Assembly: GCF_021869535.1 (NCBI RefSeq)
Contig: NW_026262734.1
Coordinates: 39,960,487 to 40,024,486 of the forward strand
Direction of reading: 5' to 3'
From: Mytilus californianus
Taxonomy: Eukaryota
Length of the DNA stretch: 64,000 nt
A model generated the notes under the pieces. It was given only the letters and a program-made list of their open reading frames with translations. It ran no database searches and was not told the DNA's origin. Position 1 is the stretch's first letter, and every line of letters starts with the position of its first letter. Below are positions 1-14,006 of this stretch, one piece after another. Position numbers and translations under genes: made by a program.

Positions 1-1079
1 TCCAATTTTGAATATATGTGCATGCTCTTTTAGTTCAAAGTAGTGACATTTAAAGTGTTTTATTAACTTTTAAGAGTCAAGAAAAAAAGAAGGTCATAGA
101 TTTATAAAAAGTATTAGTAAGAAGATGTGGTATGCTTGCCAATGAGACAACTCTCCACAAGAGACCAAATGACACAAAAAATATGCATATACATATCATA
201 AAATTGTGTAGGACTTGAGTCATATTTTGTATCATATTAAAACATTATTTGTTTTATAAAATAGTACGTCTGAAAAAGTAATTTTGCTATAAAATTAGAG
301 ATCTGTGGTGTGACTGACAATATGACATTTATATATCCACAAATGGTAAAATAATATATCTTTATATATACATGTATAGTATATACATGTACACTACCCA
401 CCAAAAGTATGATATAAAACATGGGCAAGACCCATTATGTTATAGTACAATGATTATGAAAAACAAATATTAAACAAAAAAGAAAGGACAACCTCTTTAT
501 TTCTAGGGACAGTCACTTATTATAATGATGATAATTTAGTACTGACATGAGGTTTAATGTATTGTACAGTTATATATCAGCTGCTGAACCAGGGTGGTGG
601 TGGTGGCAATTAAGTCAACATTAGGAGTAAGACTTATAAAACTTCTATGCAATAAGTTATGTAGCTCTAAAGCTCAGAAAGGGGGAGCCCCTTTCCTAAA
701 TCCACCTCTGAATATTAAATTTCTAGAAGGATTTGACACTCTTAGAAATTGACCCTGCAAGTGACACATTAATACAAATCTTTTCAAAAAGTGTTATTTT
801 CATTTGATTGATAATTTCAGAATTGACAACAAATGTAACTAACTTTATATCTGTACAATGTTAACTTATTCTTTTATATGCTAGATTCTTTTACTTTTAT
901 TTTGCAGAATTTGCCATCAACAAATTCAACTTTAAGGACAGCGAGTTCAATGGGACACTGAACGAAAAGATACACACATGTAACAGGACTACCTATAGAC
1001 GACAGAGAACAAATATTGTTTTATTAAATCACAGAAAATGCCATAAATGGAAAGATTTTCTAAAGACATTCTCCTTACT

Positions 1080-1420
1080 CATCCATCAAATTCCATCTGA
1101 TGGTCAATTCTCCATCAAGTTTCCATGCATTTTACATGTGATGGAAATATTCCATTGGTTTTCCATCAGATGGCAAAAAGACCATCAATTATCCATCAGA
1201 TGGCAAAAATACCATCAATTATCCATCAGATGGAAATTATGCCATCCATTTTCCATCATCATGAACACAAATTCCATCAAACCTTTTCCATCAACCATTT
1301 TCCAGCATTGATGGAAAGTTGATGGAAAGTTGTTCCAATACTCCATCAATATGATGGAATGTGATGGCATTTTTTCCATCACAAAATTCCATCATGTTTG
1401 ATGGAAAATCTAGGGAAGGG
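1080..1420. repeat. ~30-bp minisatellite built around the palindrome CCATCAGATGG (units like atccatcagatggcaaaaataccatcaatt)
   Basis: Direct reading of tandem units; each unit contains ccatcagatgg (ccatc/gatgg inverted with a 1-nt spacer). Confidence 0.8.
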
Positions 1421-1639
1421 CCACCAATGAGACAGCAACTAAAAGACAAAAATAATCATCTATTAAAACATCTAAAGAGCAACATATTACAGTCTTCAAC
1501 AATAGACAGGTGTCTGTATACATATATGTCAAGCTCTAAAACAAAGGTATGCCATAACATGGGAGGGGTGTATATATACTATGATTATTCCCTATAAGGA
1601 TAAGTGTAACTTTTTATATCATTAATTAAAAAAAATTTA

Positions 1640-2040
1640 TGCCCCCACCGCAGTGGAGGGGGCATTTACTGTTTCCCTTGTACGTCTGTACATCCAGAAA
1701 TTGGTTTCTGTTCTCTAACTTTAGTTTAACTCAACCAAATATTATGAAACTTACACACAATGCTTATTAACACAAAACACAGATCAAGCGTGAATTTGGG
1801 TGGCATCACTTTTACTGTTCTAGAGTAATGCCCCTTTACAAATGGAAAACATTGCTGAATTTTTCATTTCCATTCTCTAACTTAAGTTTGCCTCAACCAA
1901 ATGTTATGAAACTTAAACACAATGCTTATTACCACAAAACTGACAGATCAAGTTTGAATTTTGGTGGCGTCACTTTTACTGTTCTTGAGTTATGTTCCTT
2001 TATAATGTTATATGCAAGCAGGGGCATCATCTGTGTCCCA
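1640..2040 (-). repeat. ~170-bp satellite-bearing repeat in reverse orientation, ending in the GC hairpin tttatgcccccaccgcagtggagggggcat; same family as 55300-56380
   Basis: Reverse-complement match to the units at 55300-56290 and to the hairpin aatgccccctccgctacggcgggggcat at 56340. Confidence 0.7.
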
Positions 2041-2705
2041 TGAACACATTCTCCATTTATACTTTGTTATGAATTATACTAACATTGTCTACTGAAATAT
2101 GGAAATGTTATGAATTATACTAACATTGTCTACTGAAATGTGGAAACTCTTACAAAAGGAGTTTGAATTTAAAAACCGTGCACAAAAAGGTTAATGGTAA
2201 TTGAAATTATAAGAACTTAGAGTTGTCTCATTGGCACTCATACCACATCTTCTTATATCTATTAGAACTAAGAGTTATATATTTTGTTCTGAGTGTGTAA
2301 TGTCTAAATTGGTCAAACTGCTCATACACGTCTCTAAATTTTGTTCAGTTTGTGAGCTTAATTTACACATCAATAAATTAATAAAAAGTAACATTTTATC
2401 CTAAACCAATGTTTGATGAATAAAAGGAGATCAAAGAGACAGCAACCAAACAACACAGAAAAACAAAAAGTCATTTAGAGGGCAACATACAATCTTCAAC
2501 AATAGACAGCTGGTTTCTATATGATTGGAAAAGCTCTAAATCATCTTATGTCTAAAAAGGTAAATAAATTAAATAGAAACCATCAAAGATCTGTCATTAA
2601 TTATGAATTTTCCATATAAAAAAAATTATATTAAAAAATGGCAATTGGCAGGATTCTGACTTGGGACAGGCACTTGAATGTGTAACAGGGTAAAACTAGT
2701 TTTTT

Positions 2706-3660
2706 AGCTCACCTGGCCCGTCGTTGTTAGCTTTTTACAAAAATCTTCTCCTCTGAAACCACTGGGCCAAATTTAACCAAACTTGGCCACAATCATCATT
2801 AGGGTATCTAGTTTAAAAAATGTGTCCGATGACCCTGCCTTTCAACCAAGATGGCCGCCATGGCTAAAAATAGAACATAGGGGTAAAATGTAGATTTTGG
2901 CTTATATCTCTGAAACCAAAGCATTTAGAGTAAATCTGACAATGGTAAAACTGATTATCAGGTCAGGATCTATCTGCTCTGAAATTTTCAGACAAATTTG
3001 ACAACCTGTTGTTAGGTTGCTGCCCCTGAATTGGTAATTTTAAGGAAATTTTGCAGTTTTTGGTTATTATCTTGAATATTATTATAGATAGAGATAAACT
3101 GTAAACAGCAATAATGTTCAGCAAAGTAAGATCTACAAATAAGTCGTCATGACCAAAATTGTCAGTCGACCCCTTTAGGAGCTATTGCCCTTTATAGTAA
3201 ATTTTTAACAAATTTTCGTAAATTTTTGTAATCTTTTACAAAAATCTTCTTCTCTGAAACGACTGAGACAAATTTAACCATACTTGGCCATAATCATTAT
3301 TAGGGTATCTAGTTTAAAAAATGTGTCCCGCCTTCCAACCATCATGGCCGACTTGGTTAAAAATAGAACATAGGGGTAAAATGCAGTTTTTGGTTTATAT
3401 CTCTGAAACTAAAGCATTTAGAGCAAATCTGACAGGTGGCAAAAATGTTCATCAGATTTAGAAATCCGACAACCTGTTGTTGGGTTGCTGCCCCTGAGTT
3501 AGTAATTTTACAGAAATTTTGCAGTTTTTTGTTATTATCTTAGATATCATTATAATATCTAATATCTAATACTATTAATTATGATTTTAACCTTATTTTA
3601 CATGATTTCCAAAGTATCAGTAAATACAGGTGAGCGACACAGGCTCTTGAGAGCCTCTAG
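2706..3660 (+). mobile_element. Non-autonomous repeat element (family A), copy 1: termini AGCTCACCTG...CAGGTGAGCG, internal ~480-bp unit tandemly duplicated
   Basis: Internal tandem duplication 2740-3220 / 3222-3560. Inverted terminal motifs gctcacctg / caggtgagc. A copy of the same family occurs at 23258-43680. Flanking tagttttt on both sides is a possible 8-bp TSD. Confidence 0.6.
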
Positions 3661-3930
3661 TTTTTATACCTATCTCTACCCTCCCCCTTTTCAATCTCAA
3701 TCATTGAAATAACATAAGGTACACTACAGAACATACAACAAAAATCAGTGCAGGAAAAGTGTTTTACTCTAAAATAAATGTAAAATAGATAACAAAGACA
3801 CAAGCACAAAGAAAAAAATCAACTAAGCAATATGATAGTGTATCAAAGAATGCTATCAGTTCCTTAAAGAAAATTTATAGTATACTTAACCTGCTGATAT
3901 GAAATCATGTCATTCTACATGTCTATTTAG

Positions 3931-4063
3931 AATGAAAGTAAAGAAACAGAGACAAAGAAACACTTGGACTTCCTGGATATTTTAATAACAGCCAAAGATG
4001 ATAATGGTATAGGAATGACTGATGATGAAATCAGGGCTGAAGTGGATACCTTCCTTTTTGCTG
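3931..4063 (+). CDS. CYP4-like cytochrome P450 (gene 1, 5'-partial), exon encoding NESKETETKKHLDFLDILITAKDDNGIGMTDDEIRAEVDTFLFAG
   Basis: AG acceptor at 3929-30, GT donor at 4064-65. Protein matches the CYP4 motif DFLDILL..KDE.G..L.DE.IRAE.DTFMFEG. Paralogous exon at 53677-53809. Confidence 0.85.
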
Positions 4064-6188
4064 GTAATTTTTTGTGTTTATGAAAGATTTCCATGTAGTT
4101 GGCATAATGTGGATGCACTTAAATTACCCAGGGTGCAGCATATAGAACACACTTATTCTATTTTGAAATACATTCTTTTCTATATCAATTTTTCCTTCTT
4201 TGGACAATTTGAATTCCATGGGTGATAAGGCATCTCTCCTGTTAAAGCATAATTGGTGGCTGAAAGGTTTAATCTTTATCTTTAATTTCACCCATATCTG
4301 AGTCTACATGTCAAATATCACCTGCATCCAACAACATACCTGTCAACTGACCCAATTTTTGCAGGTCACACCAGGGAATTTAACAGGTCACCCGAGATTT
4401 TTCAATACCTGCCAGGGTCATCAAATAACCTGGGATTAAATCAAATGACCAGTATTTTAGAGCCTTGCGACTTTTAAAGTTTAAAATGATAGATTTTCCT
4501 CTAAAAAAAATAAAAGGCAAATTTGAAATTTTTTCTGGGCAGGAAGCATACCTGCCAACTTTTCAAAATGCTCCTCTTATATTGTCGTAAGTGTTTTTAA
4601 TCTGCTACTTTATTGTTTGAATGAGTACATTGTATGTATCATGCTTAAATACCCTTTTAACTCATTTGAATTCCTGTTTTTGAGGTGTTTAGTTTATAAA
4701 ATAAAGACTTTCAAAATTCAGGTCAACACTTCTCATGGGACAAATCCCCCATAAATCATGAATGTTGGCAGGTCTGAGGAAGTTCGATAATTTGACCTCA
4801 ATTGAATGATCACACCCAAGCCAAAGTGAACTGCCTATTTAAACAGTTGAAAGGCAGTTAAGAAAAAATAATCAGTTTTCAGATAGTTCCAAGCAGTTTA
4901 GTAAATTCTGTAATCACTTTGCAAAAACTGTCTAAATATCAAGTTTTTTTAATTAGAAGGTTTTGAAGAAATGCCTATTTAACCGGTTTTTAATTTTTTA
5001 GTTTGCATTGACTGCCTAATTTAACAGCAGTATTACCGGTAGTCTTTGTACATGAAGATCATGACATCATCTTGATTCTTTTATTATTGTACTATATTAT
5101 AAATATTCACATAAAGTAAAAGACAGTTATAAAACAGTTCTAATAAATATTCATAAAGAAATAGGCAGTTACAGGTAGCTAATTTAAATTTTTTGTGAAA
5201 ATAAATGCTTATGAACTGCCTATGAACTGTGAAGGTTTAACAAACTACCTATTTTTCTAATGGTTGCATATCATATGGAACTGGCTAATTTTCTAGAGCT
5301 TTAAAACTGCCTGCAGAACTACTTATTTTTAAGGTCACGACCTGCATTTTTATTTTCAGAGGTTTACAGGTATGGAACAAATGTTTTTAGATTTTAATTA
5401 GTCTTTTCAACTTTTTCTTTTTCTAAAGTAAAAGTCAAGTCCAATATTATAAATGAATATTATTTTGAGATAGTCATTCAGTAACCTATAAAAATAAGGA
5501 GATGTGATATGATTGCCAATTAACAAGTATCTACCAGAGACCAAAGGACGAGGATGTAAACAACTGCTGGTCATCATATGACCTTCAACAATGAGTGACT
5601 TAGTCTATTTTAGCCAAAATTACAAGGTTTACTTTGATTTTAATGACCTCCAATTATACTTTTTCTTAAGTTATGGATAATTGAGACCAGTTAGAATAAA
5701 ACATTCATACCCCTCACTAGCTTCCTTTTTTGAAAATTTTAACTACATAGGATAATATAAACAAACATTTGTATTATTTTATTATTCTTTTTTTTTTTTA
5801 ACTAACTATAAAAAGTACAAAACTATACATTATTTCAATTTATTCCAACTTATTGTTCCAATTCATTATTACAAAAGAAAAAAAATTAATTATGAATATT
5901 GATTTGGAATATATAGAAATATTTCATTATTGCCATACATATACATTGAAACATTTCATGCACTAAGTTGGTACAAGCAACTCTGTAACATTACTGACAT
6001 TGTTATAGAGTTTTGAATTCAAACTTTTAAATTATGAAGCATCAGTTTTGAAATCACATAATCAACTCTGATTAAATAAAATTGTAAGACTTAGTTCAAT
6101 TGAAGTATGGATTATCAGTTTTAAATGAATGAGTAAATACAAATTACTAGTGGTCTTTACACTGTCATGTTTATTTTTTATATTCCAG

Positions 6189-6312
6189 GCCATGATACAA
6201 CATCCAGTGTATTGAGCTGGAGTATGTATTGTTTAGGTAAATACAAAGATATACAGGACAAAGTTTACCAAGAGGTCAAAGAGGTCACAGGCAGCAAGAA
6301 AATGATTGACAG
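6189..6312 (+). CDS. CYP4-like P450 gene 1 exon: (G)HDTTSSVLSWSMYCLGKYKDIQDKVYQEVKEVTGSKKMID (I-helix AGHDTT)
   Basis: Acceptor ag 6187-88, donor gt 6313-14. Phase is continuous with the previous exon (g+gc=Gly). Confidence 0.85.
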
Positions 6313-6973
6313 GTAAAGGTTTCTATTATCTTAATAATGTATAATTCACCGATTAAGCTAATAGTTGACCACATACCATATGCACCGATCCATTGGCATT
6401 TTGCTAAATTTCAGATAGCTTGCAACAGCAACTACTAGTATCATCAGGCAATGAGAAACTTTAAATTAACAAATTAAATCAGTCTAGAGAAGATCCTTAA
6501 TTGAATATTGAATGTTTATCATGGGGGAAAAAGTGTTGAATGACACACTAAAGTGTTTCATACTATAATGTTTACATCTTCACCCCTATATAACCCTGTA
6601 AAACTACCAACAAAAGTAGCAGTTAATACTTATTATGAAAATGCTAGTTGAATCAAACTTTTTTTATTTATTTTTTTATATTCCCAAGGATTGTTGTAAT
6701 GTTGTCATGGAGAGCACCTACACATATGTATGTTGCATTTTATTTGGACATAAAACATCACTTATAAACACCATTGATTGTTGTCTGCCAATAAAAAATG
6801 AGGGAATGCATATGAAACATCTATGTGATTGTAAAATGTTAAACAGTAAACCAAAGACTCAGAGACAGGAGTATAAATATGTAAAGGTAGAGATCAAGTT
6901 CTCATTGTTTCCAAATTAGGAATTTGAATAATTGATGCTCTATTATATTTGTACTATATTTTTCAATGTATAG

Positions 6974-7169
6974 TGAAGATCTACCAAAGTTGAAATACCT
7001 GACCTGTTTCCTGAAGGAAGTTATGAGAGTTCATACACCAGTACCAGTCACAAACAGGACATTAGATGAAGACATTGTTTTGGATGGGTATGAAATCCCT
7101 GCTGGAGTTATGGTAGACTTTGGTATTTATCATTGTCATAACCATCCCGATGTTTGGGAAAATCCAACA
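6974..7169 (+). CDS. CYP4-like P450 gene 1 exon: EDLPKLKYLTCFLKEVMRVHTPVPVTNRTLDEDIVLDGYEIPAGVMVDFGIYHCHNHPDVWENPT (K-helix ExxR)
   Basis: Acceptor ag 6972-73, donor GTAAGT at 7170. CYP4 hallmark LKYL..F.KE..R..PPVP ... HHNP.VW..P. Confidence 0.85.
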
Positions 7170-8289
7170 GTAAGTTTGAGTAATAAATAATTTGAAGATC
7201 AGGAATATGCAATGTGTATAAAAGTTATGATTATTGTTCCCAGCGTGACACATTTGGGGGACATATAAATACCTGGCAGCCGTCCATCCTTCTGTCCAGT
7301 TTTGTTAGCACTCTCACATGTACAATTCTTGCCAGATTATATCATAGATTTATATCAGCAATGTCTGGGACGAGTTTGAAAATCAGTGCAGATCAATAAT
7401 TTTTAAAGAGTGATGGCCCTTAGAAATATTAATAATATGGAAAATTGCATTGTTAGCGCTCTCATGTGTACAATTCTTGCCAGTTTTTTATGAAATTTAT
7501 ATTGTAGGTTTATATCAGCAATTTCTCAGATGAGTTAAAAAATCATTGCCGATCAATCATTTTTAAAAGAGTTAATTACCTCATATAATAGGTTTATATT
7601 AACAATGTCTCGAATATTTTTGAAATAAGTGCCGATCAAATATATTAAATGAGTTATACCCCTTCGAAATATTAAATATATCGGAAATTGCTCTCAAGTC
7701 TTCAACTCTCTAAGATAATTTCAAGAATTATTTTTTTAGTTATTACCCTTGGATAGATAAAGTATATGCAACGTGGGGGACATTTGAACTCTGTTCTTTT
7801 ATTTATTTATATGTGTCGGTTCTTGACGGAAAACATTGTAAGACTTTTTATACTATTACTGTCAGGGTTGAAGTTTTTGCACAAAAGGTAGTTTTTCCTT
7901 ATTTCTGATGAAGCTCAAACTAGATGTGTAACTTATTTTATTATTTTGAAAGCTTTTGAATGCATAATTATAAAGTTTCACACCTATACACCTATACTGC
8001 CTTGTGTAAATAACATGGTTTTGTTAATTTCAATTATTAGCTCCAAAACCTTTATAATTTAATAAGTTTAAATAATATTTTGACAAAATTAACCATTTGT
8101 TTCTTAAATTATTTAGTTGCAATCTATTTAAACATGACTTTGAAAGATTGGTAAATGTCCAGTACAAAAGTGTTCTTGTCTTGATTGACAAATATATAAA
8201 AAGGACTGGCAAGTACAAACATCATGATTGTTTTTGATGGACAGTTTTGAATGTTTATAATTTATTTATTTTATTTCCACTATTTTCAG

Positions 8290-8372
8290 GAGTTTAAACC
8301 AGAGAGATTTGAAGGAGACAAACACCACGAGATGGATCCTTATAGTTTTACTCCATTTTCTGCTGGACCAAG
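8290..8372 (+). CDS. CYP4-like P450 gene 1 exon: EFKPERFEGDKHHEMDPYSFTPFSAGP(R) (PERF and start of the heme loop FSAGPR)
   Basis: Acceptor ag 8288-89, donor gt 8373-74. The codon split ag|a is completed in the next exon. Confidence 0.85.
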
Positions 8373-8376
8373 GTAA

Positions 8377-11300
8377 AAATGAATTATCCCCCCTATAATG
8401 AATGGAGATGAACATCATAAAAAATAATAATATGAATCATGAAACATGATAATATGAATTATCTCCCCTATAATGAATGGAGATGAACATCATGAAACAT
8501 AATAATATGAATTATCTCCCCTATAATGAATGGAGATGAACATCATGAAACATAATAATATGAATTATCTCCCCTATAATGAATGGCGATGAACATCATG
8601 AAACATAATAATATGAATCATGAAACATAATGATATGAATTATCTCCCCTATAATGAATGGAAATGAACATCATGAAAAAAATAATATGAATTGTCTCCC
8701 CTATAATGAATTGAGATGAACATCATGACACATAATAATATGAATCATGAAACATAATAATATGAATTATCTCCCCTATATTGAATGGAGATGAACATCA
8801 TGAAACATAATAATATGAATCATGAAACATAATAATATGAATTATCTCCCCTATAATGAATGGAGATGAACATCATGAAACATAATAATATGAATTATCT
8901 CCCCTATAATGAATGGAGATGAACATCATGAAACATAATAATATGAATTATCTCCCCTATAATGAATGAAGATGAACATCATGACAGATAATAATATGAA
9001 TTATCTCCCCTATAATGAATGGAGATGAACATCATGAAACATAATAATATGAATTATCTCCCCTATAATGAATGGAGATGAACATCATAAAACATAATAA
9101 TATGAAATATCTCCCCTATAATGAATGGAGATGAACATCATGAAACATAATAATATGAATTATCTCCCCTATAATGAATGGCGATGCACATTATGAAACA
9201 TAATAATATGAATTATCTCCGCTATAATGAATGGAGATGAACATCATGAAACATAATAATATGAAATATCTCCCCTATAATGAATGGAGATGAACATCAT
9301 GAAACATAATAATATGAATTATGAAATAGAATAATATGAATTATCTCCCCTATTATGAATGGAGATGAACATCATGAAACATAATAATATGAATTATCTC
9401 CCCTACAAGGAATGGAGATGAACATCATGAAAAATAATAATATGAATCATGAAACAAAATAATATGAATTTTTGCTCTATAATGAGTGTAGATGAACATC
9501 ATGCAACATAGTAATATGAATTATCTCCCCTATAATGAATGGAGATTAACATCATGACACATAATAATATGAATTATCTCCCCTATAATGAATGTCGATG
9601 CACATCATGAAACATAATAATATGAATTATCTCCCCTATAATGAATGGAGATGAACATCATGACACATAATAATATGAATCATGAAACAATGATATGAAT
9701 TATCTCCCCTATAATGAATGCAGATGAACATCATGACACATAATAATATGAATTATCTCCCCTATAATGAATGGCGATGCACATCATGAAACATAGTAAT
9801 ATGAATTATCTCCCCTATAATGAATGGAGATGAACATCATGACACATAATAATATGAATTATCTCCCCTATAATGAATGGAGATGAACATCATGACACAT
9901 AATAGTATGAATTATCTCCCCTATAATGAATGGAGATGAAGATCATGACACATAATAATATGAATTATCTCCCCTATAATGAATGGAGATGAACATCATG
10001 ACACATAATAATATGAATTATCTCCCCTATAGTGAATGGAGATGAACATCATGAAACATAATAATATGAATTATCTCCCCTATAATGAATGGAGATGAAC
10101 ATCATGAAAAATAATAATATGAATCATGAAACAAAATAATATGAATTATTTACTCTATAATGAGTGTAGATGAACATCATGCAACATAGTAATATGAATT
10201 ATCTCCCCTATAATGAATGGAGATGAACATAATGAAACATAATAATATGAAATATCTCCCCTATAATGAATGGAGATGAACATCATGAAACATAATAATA
10301 TGAATTATCTCCCCTATAATGAATGGAGATGCACATTATGAAACATAATAATATGAATTATCTCCCCTATAATGAATGGAGATGAACATCATGACACATA
10401 ATAGTATGAATTATCTCCCCTAAAATGAATGGAGATGAACATCATGAAAAATAATAATATGAATAATGAAACAAAATAATATGATTTATCTCCCCTATAA
10501 TGAATGGCGATACACATCATGAAACATAATAATATGAATTATCTCCCCTATAATGAATGGAGATGAACATCATGAAACATAATAATATGAATTATCTCCC
10601 CTATAATGAATGGAGATGAACATCATGAAAAATAATAATATGAATCATGAAACGAAATAATATGAATTATTTCCTCTATAATGAGTGTAGATGAACATCA
10701 TGCAACATAGTAATATGAATTATCTCCCCTATAATGAATGGAGATGAACATAATGAAACATAATAATATGAAATATCTCCCCTATAATGAATGGAGATGA
10801 ACATCATGAAACATAATAATATGAATTATCTCCCCTATAATGAATGGCGATGCACATTATGAAACATAATATTATGAATTATCTCCCCTATAATGAATGG
10901 AGATGAACATCATGACACATAATAGTATGAATTATCTCCCCTATAATGAATGGAGATGAATATCATGAAAAATAATAATATGAATAATGAAACATAATAA
11001 TATGAATTATTTCCCTTATAATGAATGGAGATGAACATCATGAAACATAATAATATGAATTATCTCCCCTATAATGAATGGAGATGAACATCATGAAACA
11101 TAATAATATGAATTATCTCCCCTATAATGAATGGAGATGAACATCATGAAACATAATAATATGAATCATGAAACATAATAATATGAATTATCTCCCCTAT
11201 AATGAATGGAGATGAACATCATGACACATAATGATATGAATTATCTCCCCTATCATAAATGGAGATGAACATCATGACACATAATAATATGAATTATCTC

Positions 11301-12420
11301 CCCTATAATGAATGGAGATGCACATCATGAAACATAATAATATGAATTATCTCCCCTATAATGAATGGAGATGAACATCATGAAACATAATAATATGAAT
11401 TATCTCCCCTATAATGAATGGAGATGAACATCATGACACATAATAATATGAATCATGAAACAATGATATGAATTATCTCCCCTATGATGAATGGAGATGA
11501 ACATCATGACACATAATAATATGAATTATCTCCCCTATAATGAATGGAGATGAACATCATGAAACATAATAATATGAATCATGAAACAATGATATGAATT
11601 ATCTCCCCTATGATGAATGGAGATGAACATCATGACACATAATAATATGAATTATCTCCCCTATAATCAATGGAGATGAACATCATGACACATAATAATA
11701 TGAAATATCTCCCCTATAATGAATGGAGATGAACATCATGACACAAAATAATATGAATCATGAAACAATGATATGAATTATCTCCCCTATGATGAATGGA
11801 GATGAACATCATGACACATAATAATATGAATTATCTCCCCTATAATCAATGGAGATGAACATCATGAAACATAATAATATGAATTATCTCCCCTATAATC
11901 AATGGAGATGAACATCATGAAACATAATAATATGAATTATCTCCCCTATAATCAATGGAGATGAACATCATGAAAAATAATAATATGAATCATGAAACAA
12001 AATAATATGAATTATTTCCTCTATAATGAGTGTAGATGAACATCATGCAACATAATAATATGAATTATCTCCCCTATAATGAATAGAGATGAACATCATG
12101 AAACATAATAATATGAATCATGAAACATAATAATATGAATTATCTCCCCTATAATGAATGGAGATGAACATCATGAAACATAATAATATGAATCATGAAA
12201 CATAATAATTTGAATTATTTCCCTTATAATGAGTGTAGATGAACATCATGACACATAATAATATGAATTATCTCCCCTATAATGAATGGCAATGAACATC
12301 ATGAAACATAATAATATGAATTATCTCCCCTATAATGAATGGAGATGAACATCATGAAACATAATAATATGAATTATCTCCCCTATAATGCATACAGATG
12401 AACATCATGAAACAGATTCA
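8377..12420. repeat. Intronic satellite of about 75 copies of a 53-bp unit (atgaattatctcccctataatgaatggagatgaacatcatgaaacataataat) with 75-bp variants
   Basis: Direct reading. The array begins 5 nt after the exon donor at 8372 and ends ~430 bp before the next exon. Confidence 0.95.
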
Positions 12421-12850
12421 TAGTTTTACTGGGACCTAGTTAAGTATGGGTTATCTCCCTTATAAACTGGCTGGATTTTAAAGAGACAACAATCGTTGGA
12501 TTGATCTCTATATTTCACACAATTTTCTACTGGAAAGGGATTTTAAACCAGGGCTCCCGGTCTTAAAACTTTGGAGTATGATTATCGTACTCAGACTCAG
12601 AATTCAACCTATCAAAATACTGGATTTGGTGTTTCGAGCGCTAATTTTGTACTCCAAGTTCAGAGTAAAGTGTTATGACCGAGAGTCCTGATGCATTGTA
12701 TTTAGAGAATGGCTTGCTCATCAGAACATACATTACATCAAAGCAAAATAAGTAAGTGTCATTAAAACATTTTTATAGAAAGAAAGCCATTATTTTGAAA
12801 ATTTCATTGTACTTTTATCTGTATGCTATATAAGTGAATTTATGTTACAG

Positions 12851-12916
12851 AAACTGTATAGGATTAAACTTTGCACAGAATGAAGAAAAAGTGTTGATAG
12901 CAAGAATTGTAGAAAG
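12851..12916 (+). CDS. CYP4-like P450 gene 1 exon: (R)NCIGLNFAQNEEKVLIARIVE(R) (heme-binding Cys, FSAGPRNCIG)
   Basis: Acceptor ag 12849-50, donor gt 12917-18. Completes the FxxGxRxCxG heme signature begun at 8290-8372. Confidence 0.85.
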
Positions 12917-13608
12917 GTATGCGTTGAAATTACACAGAAGCAGTTAAATCAGTGTTGACAATAAAATCAATACTGAAATTATGAATGCAAGTGTTTAGAT
13001 ACTTTCACATTCATTAAAAAATCACACAGTTTTGTATTCATATTATTTTGATAATGATACTTCTGAAAACTTTGAAATATCCATTTAATAGAAATCTGTA
13101 ATTGTCATCCAAAGACAGTAATATATAATTTTATTGAAGACACACAAGATTTGCTGTACATTATTGTTACCTAGCATAATTTACATCTGATGAGTCTTGA
13201 TAACATCAAATATGGCCACCATTATTGATCATATAGTTGTACATTATAAAACACGACAGAAATCATGATAAAAATCAACTATTCAATCACAAGCATTTAA
13301 CTATAATCGATCTGAATATTTACTGTGCAAATTTTGCTAAAAGATTCTCCAATTAACTACATGACAAACTTACATGTCCAATATACATGTGTAACTCGTA
13401 AATAGAAAGAAAAAAAAATGTTCTCAGGAATTTAAAGAAATGAATTAAGAAAGATGTGGGGTAAAATCAATGATCCACGAGACAGCAACCTAACATCACC
13501 CCCCCCCCCCCCCCACCAATAAAAAACCAAAAAAACATTTAAAAGTCAACTAGATGTATTTAATAATAAAAATGTTCGAAAGATATTTTCAAATAACTAA
13601 CACTTAAT

Positions 13609-13818
13609 GAGGGTCTGGACGGGGTCCTTCATGTCTGAATTCTTTAATTTTTAGGCCATTTTTTTTCTCTATTCTTTATATTTTTGGTCCATTTTTCTCT
13701 ATTCTTTAAATTTTTAGCCCATTATTCCCTATTCTTTATATTTTTGGTCCATTTTTCTCTATTCTTTATATTTTTTGCCCATTATTCCCTATTCTGCAAA
13801 CCCCCATCCACACCCTCC
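13609..13818. mobile_element. MITE with termini GAGGGTCTGGACGGGG ... CCCCATCCACACCCTC and internal ~35-bp repeats (ttctctattctttata...). Flanked by CTTAAT on both sides
   Basis: The termini are inverted repeats. Same family at 23192-23257 plus 43681-43835 (split), 44272-44510, 45118-45375, 51636-51835 and 51895-52045. Confidence 0.6.
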
Positions 13819-14006
13819 TTAATTCTGTCAGAGTTTTGTAGAGTCATCAATCTGGTTTGATTGTTAGTTGTGACAGATCTAACAGAAAAAAAGATATTTC
13901 ACCAAGCATAATTAGATCAACAGTAATGTCTATTTTGTAATCATCAATTTGAAATATCTGATTGAATCATATCACTTAATCTTAGTATCATTTTATCTTT
14001 TTTAAG

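Noticed and set aside
911-1020. Possible upstream exon of CYP4 gene 1
   Set aside because: The short open stretch (FAINKFNFKDSEFNGTLNEKIH...) has no CYP4 motif and no good splice sites. The missing 5' exons of gene 1 presumably lie upstream of the window.
2706-3660. Helitron interpretation of the family-A element (3' hairpin ggctcttgagagcc followed by CTAG-T)
   Set aside because: Only copy 1 ends in CTAG. Copy 2 ends ctcttg. There is no 5' TC terminus and there are possible 8-bp flanking duplicates. The element is left unclassified.
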